Assembly (NCBI GenBank): GCA_965197495.1
Contig: OZ240210.1
Coordinates: 2,876,671-2,940,670 of the forward strand
Direction: 5' to 3'
DNA from: Candidatus Marinacidobacterales bacterium
GTDB taxonomy: Bacteria > Acidobacteriota > Vicinamibacteria > Marinacidobacterales > SMYC01
Length of the DNA: 64,000 nucleotides
Numbering within the stretch: position 1 is the stretch's first letter; every line of letters begins with the position of its first letter. The notes beneath the pieces are model-generated. The model was not told where the DNA came from, did no database searches, and saw nothing but the letters and a program-made list of their open reading frames with translations. The translations under genes were made by a program, and so were the position numbers. Below are positions 8,597-18,337 of this stretch, one piece after another.

Positions 8597-10963
8597 TCAG
8601 AAGCGAAACAGCTTCGTGAACTTGACCGCGAACGTCCTGTTCAACAGGATGGGAAATCCATCCTCGTTGGTGAGCCGGCCGTCGCTATAAACCACGAAGA
8701 GGTCGCTCCCTGGTTCGTATTCCCACCGGAATCGCACGTTGGAGCTCAGCGTGTTGCTCGTGGAGTTCCACTGAAAAAGCGCTCCCACGAACATGCGGGG
8801 TGACATCGAGTATGTGATCCGGCTGCTCACGAGGCGGGCCGCGAAATCCCCTTCCTCGAGGCTCACCCAGTTGAGCGAGAGTCGCGGCTCGAGCGAGAAC
8901 TTCGGTGTCACTTCGATGCGACCGTTGAACGCGAGCTCGTTGCGGCCGCCGCTGAAGAAGCTTCCCGTACGGTAGCTGACGAAGCCCGGCACCGGTCGCT
9001 GCGCTCCGAACCGGTACGCAACGTGGACGTCCTGGAAGTCGTAGCCGCCGATGGGCAGGATGATGCCGTCCGAGATCTCGAACTCCTCGGCCAGGAACTC
9101 GAACTGCGGGTTGTACTCGACGGTTAGCTCGTCGCCGGCCTCGAACTCCGCTTTGAATTGGGCCTGAGCACGACGTGTCTGAAGCTTTCCGGTGGGCTCG
9201 CCGGTGATGTAGTCGAAGGTTCCTTGGAATACGAACCTCCGGACGAGGTCGATCGAAGCGGGCCGTGGGCTGAACCGTGCCTCCACGAAACTGCGGGTAA
9301 ACGCCTGCCGACTCGTGAACCCGAGCTCCGGCCGAAAAGCCTCGCCCACTTTGAGGCGCTGGACCTGCAGGCCATAGCGATCTCCGTTGTAGTCGAATCG
9401 TCCGAGATAGCTGGTCTCGTCCCCAACGATCTGCGTACCGGTGGCGAGTGGTGTGTGGCTCAGCGCGTAGTAGGTGTTGATGGTCACGTTGGTACCGAAG
9501 AAGAAGTTGCCATCCAGGCCGAAGAGAGAGTTCGACGTTCCGGGCTCGGACAGCGACGTCGTGCGGTGGGTCGCGATGACGCCGATATCGCTTCGGCGAA
9601 GGATGTCCCGCCGGAACCGCAGCACAGCGAAATTGGTGGGCTCCACGAAACCCTCGACGCCTCGGGTCTGAATGTTCAGAGCGCCAACCCGGAACGGGCC
9701 GGCACGGCCGGTCACCCGCCCTCCCACCTGAATGGGGTCCACGCCGCTCGACGTGAGCCCGATGCGGCGGCTGAAGAACATGATCGGCGTCAAGTTCCCG
9801 ATCGACCTACCCGGACGAAAGCCGAAGTCCGGTCGGCTCTGCACGCCAGCAAAGGAGAAGATACTCGCCCCTTCGAGAAAGAACTCTCGTTTCTCCGGGA
9901 AGAACAGGCTGAAACGGGTCAGGTTGACCTGCTGTTGATCCTCCTCGACCTGCGCGAAGTCGGTGTTGTAGGTGAAGTCGGCAATGAGACCCCTGGTCAG
10001 CCCGTACTTGACATCGAATCCGGCGTCCGCGTTCCAGTCGTTCGACACGACGGGCTCCGCGTCATTGTTGGTTACGGACGCCGTGATGCCGTAGGCCTTG
10101 AGCTCCAGATTCCGCGACGATGCTGGAGCCTCCAGCCCGACCAGCGTCGCGGATTCCGACATCCGGTAGACCCCCCTTAGGCCGTGCGACCGCGCAACGA
10201 GGGACAGGTAAGAGTCCTCGTTCTTCCACTTGACCGCGCGGCGAATATTGATGCTCCAGACCTGATCCCTCCCAGCCTTGTACCGGAGAGACTTGAACGG
10301 AACGGCTATCTCCACAATCCAGCCCTGCTCGAACGTCGAAGCCTTCACGTCCCAGACCGTGTTCCAGTCCCGATTGATCGCCTGGCCCTCGTCACCGAAC
10401 TGCTGGTCTCGGAGCGCCCCGAGCGGATTCGTCTGGAACATGAAGCCATTCCGGCGGTCGTAGAACGTGTCGAACACCACCGTGACGCTCTCGTTCTGGT
10501 AGATGCCGAAATTGTCCCGCCGCATTTCGTTGACGACCATCCTCTCCGGGTGGCTGTCCCAGCAGCGCATGCCGACGTAGATGTTCCTGTCGTCGAAAAA
10601 AACCCAGGCCTCGGTTTTCTCCGTAGCGGGCTCGCCCTCGTCGGGCACCTGCTGGATGAAGTCGCTGACCGCAGTTACCCGGGTATAGATGGCGTCGTCC
10701 AGCTTGCCATCGAGGACGAAGGGCTCGCTGAGACGGTTCGCGCGAAGAGTCACTCGTCCCTGGTCGTCGCGAGCCACCACTTCGGGCGGCTCTGGCGCGG
10801 GTGGTCCGTGCAGGTCGACGTCTGCGGGAGTGTCTTCATCGTGCCCGTCATCACGGTCGTCTGCCCTTGCCTGCGCGGCCAGCGTCAGTGCGAGCAGAAC
10901 TGACGCCGCGACACACCAACCCACGGGTGCTTCCGCCATTAAATGTTGGTGATTTGTACGCAT
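8597..10963 (-). CDS. Outer-membrane protein with an N-terminal CBM9-like domain and a DUF5916-type beta-barrel; signal peptide present
   Basis: The 788-aa ORF has an N-terminal hydrophobic leader, RANRLSEPFVLDGKLDD / WDSHPERMVV family-9 CBM-like segments, a long alternating beta-strand region, and a C-terminal ...FTKLFRF aromatic end. Confidence 0.55.
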   Translation of the reverse strand: MRTNHQHLMAEAPVGWCVAASVLLALTLAAQARADDRDDGHDEDTPADVDLHGPPAPEPPEVVARDDQGRVTLRANRLSEPFVLDGKLDDAIYTRVTAVSDFIQQVPDEGEPATEKTEAWVFFDDRNIYVGMRCWDSHPERMVVNEMRRDNFGIYQNESVTVVFDTFYDRRNGFMFQTNPLGALRDQQFGDEGQAINRDWNTVWDVKASTFEQGWIVEIAVPFKSLRYKAGRDQVWSINIRRAVKWKNEDSYLSLVARSHGLRGVYRMSESATLVGLEAPASSRNLELKAYGITASVTNNDAEPVVSNDWNADAGFDVKYGLTRGLIADFTYNTDFAQVEEDQQQVNLTRFSLFFPEKREFFLEGASIFSFAGVQSRPDFGFRPGRSIGNLTPIMFFSRRIGLTSSGVDPIQVGGRVTGRAGPFRVGALNIQTRGVEGFVEPTNFAVLRFRRDILRRSDIGVIATHRTTSLSEPGTSNSLFGLDGNFFFGTNVTINTYYALSHTPLATGTQIVGDETSYLGRFDYNGDRYGLQVQRLKVGEAFRPELGFTSRQAFTRSFVEARFSPRPASIDLVRRFVFQGTFDYITGEPTGKLQTRRAQAQFKAEFEAGDELTVEYNPQFEFLAEEFEISDGIILPIGGYDFQDVHVAYRFGAQRPVPGFVSYRTGSFFSGGRNELAFNGRIEVTPKFSLEPRLSLNWVSLEEGDFAARLVSSRITYSMSPRMFVGALFQWNSTSNTLSSNVRFRWEYEPGSDLFVVYSDGRLTNEDGFPILLNRTFAVKFTKLFRF

Positions 10964-11149
10964 CCCTTTGCAAAGAAGTCGCTTACGCTCAATTTAGCGC
11001 GCGGCGAAGGTCGTGAGCCCTATTTTGGCTGTAATTTAATGCACCGCAAAGTCTTAGCGTTATCTCACCAACACTTAACCCTAATCGCAAATAAACGTCA
11101 CCGTGTCTGAGGTCTTTGGCCCCGTGAATAGCACCTTTTCCAGGTTCTG

Positions 11150-11943
11150 CATACACCGTGCAGAATCACCTATAGTGGCGGCGAGCGGGTGCCCCAGCAC
11201 GAGCTTCTCGCCTGCGCCCAGTGCGGCTGTTTCGCGTTTTCGTGCTTCGAAGATTTTGCGATTAGGGTTAATAGCAGAAGCACCTCTTCGTTACGATCGA
11301 GGTCTGGTCTCGGCTCTGGCCATCGACGGTGACGGGAAGGCGAAGCTATCGGAACACTCACGCTCTGTTTCGCGACCTTTCGAAGCGGATGAATTTCGAG
11401 CGTCTTCCCTTGATCGTCACGGATGGATTCGAATTCTACCGGAAGGTCATCCGTCGCTTCTTCGGGCCAGCGTGTCTCTACGGCCAGGTCCTCAAGACGC
11501 GCAGGAACGATCGTATCATCAAGGTCGAACGCAGAGCGCTGCACGGAGCCGCGTGGCGATTTGATGACGCGCTCAATAACTCCGAGGACTCCTCGACATT
11601 GAACACGTCGTTCATCGAGCGGTTGAATCTGACGATCCGGCAAAGCTCAGCATACCTTTCGAGACGAACACTTTCCCACGCTCGCTCGACGGAGAGGCTC
11701 GATGAGCACCTGGAGTTGCTCCGTTGCTATTACAATTTCGTCCGACCGCACGGAGCTCTGAAGTTCGGACGTGAGATCCGAACTCCAGCCATGCAAGCCG
11801 GTCTGACCATTCGACGGCTCACCTTTCGAGACATCTTCTTGGCGACGACGATTCCTTTGTGGTTGCAGATCGAGGTTTTCCTACTCAGTTGGGCGCGCAA
11901 CCCGGTCTCTTCCGAACCTGTACCACTGCCCGCAGCCGCGTAG
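11150..11943 (+). pseudogene. IS1-family transposase remnant, with an InsB-like C-terminal part at 11329-11943 and a possible InsA-like zinc-finger segment upstream in another frame
   Basis: LIVTDGFEFYRKVI...IERLNLTIRQSSAYLSRRTLSHARS...LELLRCYYNFVRPHGALKFG parallels the IS1 InsB C-terminus, and an upstream frame has HELLACAQCGCFAFSCFEDF. Confidence 0.5.
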
Positions 11944-12155
11944 CAACATATCTGGACTCCTCAATCAACACCTTTCTCAAAAAAGTCTTCCTCAGAGCTG
12001 CTCGTCCAAATCGGTGACGAGTGGGTCAGACTGCAAACATATCTACGGCCTCAGTGAGGAGCGTCTTGGGTGCTCCGGGCCATGACGGGAAATCCGCGCG
12101 CGAGGAGCCAATCACTTTGAGCGACCTCTGAGGGCCAGTGTTGCTATCGGCTTGA

Positions 12156-12217
12156 CCCCGTCCTGTGCCAAAACTCGGCCCTTTTGAAATAGACCATAAA
12201 TCAGCAGCTTAGTGTCT
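12156..12217 (+). repeat. Solo IS481-like terminal inverted repeat (62 bp) with no element body
   Basis: ccccgtcctgtgccaaaactcggcccttttgaaatagaccataaatcagcagcttagtgtct matches the IS481-like IR and is then followed by unrelated sequence. Confidence 0.7.
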
Positions 12218-12229
12218 ATGGTGCGCTCC

Positions 12230-12345
12230 CGTGAACGGCTTGGCGGTAGTAGACCCGCCGTCCCTTCTGTGCCGCGGCGATCGCGAGGCTGATCGCGAGA
12301 TGGGTCTTACCGACGCCGGGCGGTCCCAACAAAACGCTCGGGTGG
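12230..12345 (-). pseudogene. IstB-like (IS21 helper ATPase) P-loop fragment
   Basis: The minus-strand translation HPSVLLGPPGVGKTHLAISLAIAAAQKGRRVYYRQAVHG is a Walker A plus an IstB signature, with only about 38 codons present. Confidence 0.5.
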
Positions 12346-12640
12346 CCTCTTTTCCGACGCTGCACGGCCCGGTCAGCGCCCTCTCCCCAATCTGGCGCAA
12401 ACGTGGCACTCGAAAATCGAGATTAGAGACCAATACCGAAAATGAGGCCTGTTCAGGCCTTATAGCGCGTCTCTGGTGACACCTAATCTTGAAAAACCAC
12501 GCCAACCGCGCGGAAAATCTCATCCGTCTCTGCAGTGCCACAATTGGCCAGACTGGGTGGCGGATGGTGCAGGTTGGAGCTATCCGGTCTCGGCAAAAGG
12601 TGGTCCAGCTTTTGGCGGAAATCCTCAAACAGAAAAGCCA
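12340..12640 (+). repeat. About 300-bp repeat D; second copy at 24610-24910 and a partial copy at 30886-30935
   Basis: ctcgggtggcctcttttccg...gcgcaaacgtggcactcgaaaatcgagattagagac...ccaaccgcgcggaaaatctcatccgtctctgcagtgccacaattgg...ggtggtccagcttttggcg recurs at about 88%. Confidence 0.7.
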
Positions 12641-12811
12641 GTGGAGATTCAGGAGGTTTCGAGTTTCGCGCATTTATTGACTTTATTGACGCGTACACAG
12701 GTTTTGCGAAAAGGCTGTTTTACGCCCTCTCGGGTTTCAACCATGATGCCAATTTCGTTCCATCCTCTTCCCCTACAGTGATTTAACGGCCGCTGTCACG
12801 TACTGGTTCCC

Positions 12812-13243
12812 GCACGCATTATCGACGGGTGGTCGTTCGAGCCGGAATCGAAGTTGCTTCAATCAAATTTTCTATACGGCAATCTCAACCTCCTGGACGC
12901 TTGAAAGAGGGCCGTGTCGCAAACCCTCCGGAGGCGGCTCCGACCGTTACTCATTGTCGCAAAGGGCTTTACGTCTCATCAGCGAATGTTCGTCGACGGG
13001 AACATCTTTCCGGCTATCGCAGTCGGCAGGCTCGAGTGGAGCTTTCGGTTCTTGGCTGGAAACGATCAGAAACAGAGCTAAATAGGCCATTAACGTGCAA
13101 TTCGGGGCGATTTTGGAGCTTATCGTGTCGTTTTTCCACTTAATCGCGCAGACAATGAGAAGACGCTTAACGCCTAGATCGCGCCTGAGGAGAAGGCGAA
13201 TAGCGGAATTCGAATTGGCCAAACCTCGAATTCATCCAGCGGA
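12812..13243 (-). repeat. Repeat C copy 2, the inverted partner of 6063-6497
   Basis: This is the alignment described under 6063-6497. Confidence 0.75.
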
Positions 13244-13414
13244 GTTTTACGGAGGAAACGAAGATGACTCCGCAGACGGTCCAGTACAAGGAGCTATCCG
13301 AGTCTGGAAACCATGACAGGGAATTTGGGCGAGTTTGAGGCTGATTGGTGGAGGCCAGTGTCGGAGAGCAGCTTGCTGCTAACCGAGGCCATTCACGAAG
13401 TGGGCGCTGGAGGC

Positions 13415-13837
13415 TCACAGCGTTTTGACGAGCACACGCTGTTTCTCCCAATCGTCGGGAAGCGGATGATGCAAGAGGTAGCTCGAGGTCAGCCCAACGG
13501 GCTGGTGGCCTTCGACAATGGCGCGGACGATGTCGGGTGCCAGGAAGGCATAGCGGATTGCCTTGCGCACGCGGTCCGTTGGGATGGCGTTTTCGGTGGC
13601 AATCTGCTCATAGGTTTTGCCTGCTTTGATTCGGTCGAGCCAGGAGAGGGCGTTTCTGATATTGCGCAGGAGTGTGCGGTCGACGGATTTCGTGGGGTTG
13701 CCCAGAACGAGCTTGGTCTCGACGCCGCGTCGACGCAAGCGGAACGGTGCGAGGATGCGGAGTGCATTCTCGCGAATGCGCTCGGGCCCCATAGAGAGGC
13801 AAGCAGCGAACGTATTGCGGTCGAGCAGGATGGACAC
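13415..13837 (-). pseudogene. Probable C-terminal fragment of a recombinase-family or mobile-element protein
   Basis: The motif ...IRNALSWLDRIKAGKTYEQIATENAI...AFLAPDIVRAIVEGHQPVGLTSSYLLHHPLPDDWEKQR resembles the C-terminal extension of some serine-recombinase-family proteins, but no catalytic domain is present. Confidence 0.3.
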
Positions 13838-14015
13838 AGAGCCGGGGCTGATATCGACCCGCCGGATGAGAGGGAGCAGGCGGGCTACCGAGGCACTATC
13901 ATCATTAGCCCATGTTTCCCTTTTAGGTGTCTAAGTCATTGAAAACAAAGGATCGAGATCGGCGGTTTGTCTCTACGCTGACAGCACCTCCTCGGAGAAG
14001 GCTGGCGGGTCGCGT

Positions 14016-14886
14016 TCAACGATGCCGAGTGCAGACGACCCGGACCGAGCGTAGCGCTTGTAGTGCCTCGGTTGCGGACAGGTCGAGTTCGGCGACCTTG
14101 AGCTTTTTCTCAAGAGCCCGATGCACAAGGAAGGCCAGCGTAGCTACGAAAAGATGTGCCTCCACACGCTCATCGGTCTGGTGGTAAACGGGACGCATCT
14201 CAATGACATCCTTAAGGCATGAGAAGGCTCGCTCGACCTCGTTTAGGTCCTTGTAAAGACGCACGGCGTCGACCGGAGAGAGGTTTTGCTCCTCGGTTTG
14301 AATAACGTACTTTCTGTTCTTTGCGGGCATGCAGCTGGTCGAGCGTTCGGTACCATTGCTTGAGTTGGCGAAACTCCACGCGAACCCGCGGGGAGCGACT
14401 CGCTCGCCGTTCCCCATCATCGCGCCACTGCGGCACCCACCGCCGCCCCTGCCGGTCGCAGACGAAGTCGGTCTCGAGCCAGCGCGCCAGACCGTGCTCG
14501 CTTGACGGAGCACATAGCCGGTTGGCGACCAGCACCAAAGCTCGCTCGCTTAGCGCCACTCCGTCCCGCTTGCCGCGGCCCCCGAGCCGGTCGAGAATCT
14601 GCTCCAGCCCGAACTCGCGCCACAGCGTCGCCGTCACCAGCATCGGACCCCAATCCCACGCGTCTGCCCCCGCGACCTGCTCGGCTGCTCGCTCGGTGTC
14701 GGCCGGTTCACCGGCCCCAAGCAACCGATTGAGGGAGTCGAGATTGGCAACTAGGAGATCCTTGCGCCCCAAGTTGCACACTACGCGTTGCTTCGGCTTG
14801 CCGTGCTCCCGATACGACTCGACCAGGCGGACATACCCATGTTGAACCCCTTTGCCGCCTGCGGCCCGAACGATGCGGAAGAACAT
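14016..14886 (-). pseudogene. Internally deleted IS1634-family transposase, with its N-terminus at 14212-14886 and its C-terminus at 14016-14513 in another frame
   Basis: The N-terminus MFFRIVRAAGGKGVQHGYVRLVESYREHGKPKQRVVCNLGRKDLL and the C-terminus LYKDLNEVERAFSCLKDVIEMRPVYHQTDERVEAHLFVATLAFLV match IS1634 termini, but the central DDE region is missing. Confidence 0.6.
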
Positions 14887-15224
14887 AACCTGTCCTCACG
14901 CATACTACATATCATTGTCCACGATTACAACGTATTAATGGCGCTCAAAGCACAATCTCTGTCTCTACGTTTTGGGCGAAATTCAACCCCCGTTCCTTTG
15001 AATTCAGTCACTTACGAGCGTTAGGGTGCTCATAAAGGGTAAACATGGGTTAGTACCGGAACACAGCCCGTCTAAAAAGCGACGCACCGAGGCGAGCTCT
15101 TGCACCCGTATCCCGAACAGCGACTGCGCGTCATGACCCGAGGTAGGAGCCCAGTGCGTTAGCAGCGCTCGCTGGGATCTGTGCAGGGGGCCGCCCGTAA
15201 GGGCGGTCCCTACCGCGAACGACG

Positions 15225-15262
15225 TCGAGCTCGACGTACTACTTGCACCATACGGGTTCCCC
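15225..15262 (+). repeat. 37-bp direct repeat, copy 1, containing the 12-bp palindrome GTCGAGCTCGAC; copy 2 is at 16987-17023
   Basis: (a/g)tgtcgagctcgacgtacta(c/t)ttgcaccatacgggtt is present twice in the same orientation, 1.76 kb apart, bracketing the HNH nuclease gene. Confidence 0.75.
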
Positions 15263-15559
15263 CGCTGATGCTCAGAGTGCCGACTATAATAATGATGATG
15301 GACTCGCAACCGACCTCGCATCGCCCGACAGGGACCGCAACCCGCTGACCCGGGTCTCGTGCTGGGCGCGCGGGCCGAGGTCGCGGCGCCCATGTGCACA
15401 AGCGCCTGCTTACAAGTTTTTGGAATTGCGGGTCTTGAGTTCGTTTGTGTTCTTGGACACGACGGGTTCACGCGTGTGTCTGCCCGCTGCCGACGTGACT
15501 GATACAATGGGCCGATGCGACCCAACTCGCCGAGCTAGTAGCCAAGGACAATCGATTCA

Positions 15560-16486
15560 ATGACTGATAACGACCGTGATACCCAGATGCGAATGGCGGC
15601 TTTTGAGCACGTTCGAGAGCTGCACGAAGTCCACGATCAGCTGACCGCAAACGAGTTGAAACCAGGTTTTGTTTTCGACGGCGAGCGCATCCCTCTCATC
15701 AATCCGCAACGCGGCATTTTCAAGCCGCAGCAGATGCGGTTCTTGCTTTCGATCAAGACCGTATTCCCGAGACCGGGCAGCAAAATCTGGTACGACGATC
15801 AGCGCGAAGTTCACCGCCAAATATTTGAGGGTGACGAAACGGTGGATTACGCATTCATGGGAAGAAATCCAGAGGCTGCTGACAATCGCTGGCTGCGCCA
15901 AGCGTTCGAGAACCAAATACCGGTGATCTATTTTCTTGGCATCGCGCCCGGCCGCTACCAAGCTATGCTGCCAGCATTCGTTGCAGGGTGGGACGCCGAG
16001 GCATTAAAGGCGCGCGTTGCGTTTGGAGTGCTCGGTCAAGAAGCGCTGGCGCCACCGAAGAACGTCCTGGAACGGCGCTATGCTCTGCGTTCGGTCAAGC
16101 AACGATTGCACCAGGCATCGTTTCGAGAAGCTATCATCAGTGCCTATGACGGCCGCTGCGCACTATCGAGGATACCCGAACCACTGCTACTGGACGCGGC
16201 GCATATTGTTGCGGACAAGGATGAACGGCTTGGTCAACCGGTGATCCCCAACGGAATCCCACTATCGAAAATCCATCATGCTGCCTTCGACGCGCATTTG
16301 ATTGGCATTGACCCGGACTACCGCTTGCATGTCTCTGATCGACTGCTCGGCCAGAGCGACGGCCCCATGCTCGAAGCATTAAAACGGCTCAACGGTGGAA
16401 CCATTCACCTACCCAGCCGCGTCAAGGACCGACCGGATCGAGACCGGCTTGCGCTACGCTTCGACCGCTTCAAGGCGGTGGCGTGA
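15560..16486 (+). CDS. HNH-family nuclease of the putative restriction/type-IV class, with an HNH_2-like C-terminal domain and an N-terminal domain of unknown function
   Basis: RLHQASFREAIISAYDGRCALS...LLDAAHIVADKDERLGQPVIPNGIPLSKIHHAAFDAHLIGIDPDYRL fits the HNH_2 pattern (Q..FR..V...Y...CA..G...LE.aHI.p......N.l.L....H..FD...). Confidence 0.7.
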   Translation: MTDNDRDTQMRMAAFEHVRELHEVHDQLTANELKPGFVFDGERIPLINPQRGIFKPQQMRFLLSIKTVFPRPGSKIWYDDQREVHRQIFEGDETVDYAFMGRNPEAADNRWLRQAFENQIPVIYFLGIAPGRYQAMLPAFVAGWDAEALKARVAFGVLGQEALAPPKNVLERRYALRSVKQRLHQASFREAIISAYDGRCALSRIPEPLLLDAAHIVADKDERLGQPVIPNGIPLSKIHHAAFDAHLIGIDPDYRLHVSDRLLGQSDGPMLEALKRLNGGTIHLPSRVKDRPDRDRLALRFDRFKAVA

Positions 16487-16689
16487 GATGCCCGCCGTCG
16501 CTCAATGAGTAAGGTCAACTTGAACCAAGGTAAAGATGGTGCGGCGGTTGGCAGTCGACTTGATTGGGAGAGGAATACGAGAGGCTGAAGGCGCTGGAGA
16601 GCGCCAGTGCGGGAGAAAAAGACGAGAGGACAGGAAAGACCGATAGCGAATGATTGCGGACCACCTGATCGGCATCGAGCAGTTCGAGG

Positions 16690-16760
16690 CGGACCTCTCT
16701 CCACCTTACCCTTGGTCTTCGCACGATAAGGCCGACACGCACGGGCTCGGAACTGCCAGT
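16690..16760 (-). pseudogene. rve-integrase (IS21 IstA-like) fragment
   Basis: Only the short relic FAHHWQFRARACRPYRAKTKGKVER (..HYGF.PR.C.P..P.TKGKVE pattern) is present. Confidence 0.35.
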
Positions 16761-16986
16761 GATGCGCGAAGCGAACAAACTCCGGATTCTCGGCTAACGG
16801 GCCCAGCGTCGAGTGCCGCGAGCGACTCGGCGGCCTACTATCGTGCAGCTGCCTGAGTAGATACGTTCGAGTGCCGTCCAAGCCGCCCCGTGGGTTTCGT
16901 ATCGTCGTGGCATTGACCTCGGCTGGCGGCCCATCGAATCCTCGCTTCGCGCAGATCCGGTCATTGACCCTCCACAGGCCGATGTC

Positions 16987-17023
16987 GAGCTCGACGTACT
17001 ATTTGCACCATACGGGTTATTCG
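16987..17023 (+). repeat. 37-bp direct repeat, copy 2
   Basis: This is the repeat described under 15225-15262. Confidence 0.75.
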
Positions 17024-17104
17024 CCGGACGGCGGGGCGCGCCAGTTGGACGGAACGGATGGTCTGGAGGAGAGGTCTGCTCGGGGTCGCCTATCGCAGAA
17101 CCGC

Positions 17105-17413
17105 GTCCTGTGCCAAAACTCAGCCCTTTTGAAATAGACCATAAATCAGCAGCTTAGCGACTGGGCCAAGGGCCCTTAGGCTCTACAGTTACCCAAAACC
17201 CGCGGTCGACATTCGAGAGCCGCGGCCGTTTCACCGAACGGCGGAGGACGGCGAGCTGCTGCCGAAGAGCGACATTGTCGAGAGCCAGCTCGCGACGAGC
17301 CTTGAAGGCGGAGATGAGAGCGTGAACAAACGACGAAATCAAGCAGGCATGGTGCCGGCAGACCGGAGACTAATCAAGTTTGGGGCGCCCGGATGAATAA
17401 ATAGAAGGCACAG
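17105..17413 (-). mobile_element. MITE-like element, copy 2 (309 bp)
   Basis: It is over 97% identical to 6706-7007 and has the same embedded 62-codon ORF (17154-17342). Confidence 0.7.
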
Positions 17414-17469
17414 ACCGATTTGCGCTATCATGAATCAACCCAAGGCCATCGACCCGACACAATTTCCTC

Positions 17470-18189
17470 ATGAGTATGCTGCAGTCTTTTCAATGGTTGA
17501 CGCTTGCTATCACCGCGGTCGGGGTCGTGGGTTGCAGTTCCTCCATGTCCCCATCCTCGACCACGGAACCCGAGTCATCTCCACCGGCCGAGACTGCTGA
17601 ACCCGAGGCGAGAGCCGAGTACACCGTCACTTTCGATGCTTCCTGGAGTAAATCGACCCATCCCGAAGACTTTCCTCCCAACCCACACTTCTCCGGATTG
17701 ATCGGTGGCACGCACAACGACGACATTCGCTTCTGGATGCCCGGAAGGAAGGCGTCGGATGGGATCAAAGCCATGGCCGAAAGGGGTCTTAAAACCCCTC
17801 TCAACGAAGAGATTCGAGCGGCTCGCGACGAGGGAACGGCGGACAGGCTTCTTTCAGGTGATGGCATTCCTCGATCGCCTTCAAGCGTGTCTCTCGATTT
17901 CGCGATCCGGCGCGATTACACTCTGGTGACGTTGGTCTCGATGGTGGCACCGAGCCCCGATTGGTTCACCGGGGTTTCGGCCTTGAGCCTTCTCGAAGGA
18001 GGCCAATGGGTCGAGGAACTAACAGTGGAGCTCTTTGCTTACGACGCAGGCACGGACAGCGGAACGACTTACAACTCCGCCAACGATCCCACCTCACCTC
18101 GCGAGTCGATCCAGCGAATCGACGGACGTCCGCTTGCGGTTGGCGGCCAAGTCGCTCCGGTGGGGACCTTCACCTTTACTAGGCGCTAG
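17470..18189 (+). CDS. Spondin_N-domain lipoprotein
   Basis: It has a lipoprotein signal (LTLAITAVGVVGC) followed by YTVTFDASWSKSTHPEDFPPNPHFSGLIGGTHN, which is characteristic of the bacterial spondin_N domain. Confidence 0.6.
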   Translation: MSMLQSFQWLTLAITAVGVVGCSSSMSPSSTTEPESSPPAETAEPEARAEYTVTFDASWSKSTHPEDFPPNPHFSGLIGGTHNDDIRFWMPGRKASDGIKAMAERGLKTPLNEEIRAARDEGTADRLLSGDGIPRSPSSVSLDFAIRRDYTLVTLVSMVAPSPDWFTGVSALSLLEGGQWVEELTVELFAYDAGTDSGTTYNSANDPTSPRESIQRIDGRPLAVGGQVAPVGTFTFTRR

Positions 18190-18337
18190 GCTCACGCTTG
18201 GTGCGAGCGGGCCAGTCGGCAGGGACCGGTTTCATCGGACGACAAAACGCTGCAATCGTCGTGGTTTTGCTCATACCGACGGCGCAACTCCTCCACCGTT
18301 CGATCGATGTCGTCTCCAGCAACGCAGCAGAGTCCAT

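Noticed and set aside
13313-13942. 209-aa plus-strand ORF
   Set aside because: It is antisense to the recombinase-like fragment, has no motifs, and is a GC-rich spurious frame.
14930-15230. GC-rich structured region upstream of the HNH cassette, considered as RNase P, 6S RNA, a group II intron or a retron ncRNA
   Set aside because: None of the signature motifs is present (no RNase P P4 elements, no domain V, no adjacent RT). It is kept only as a possible hairpin or att-site context within the HNH finding.
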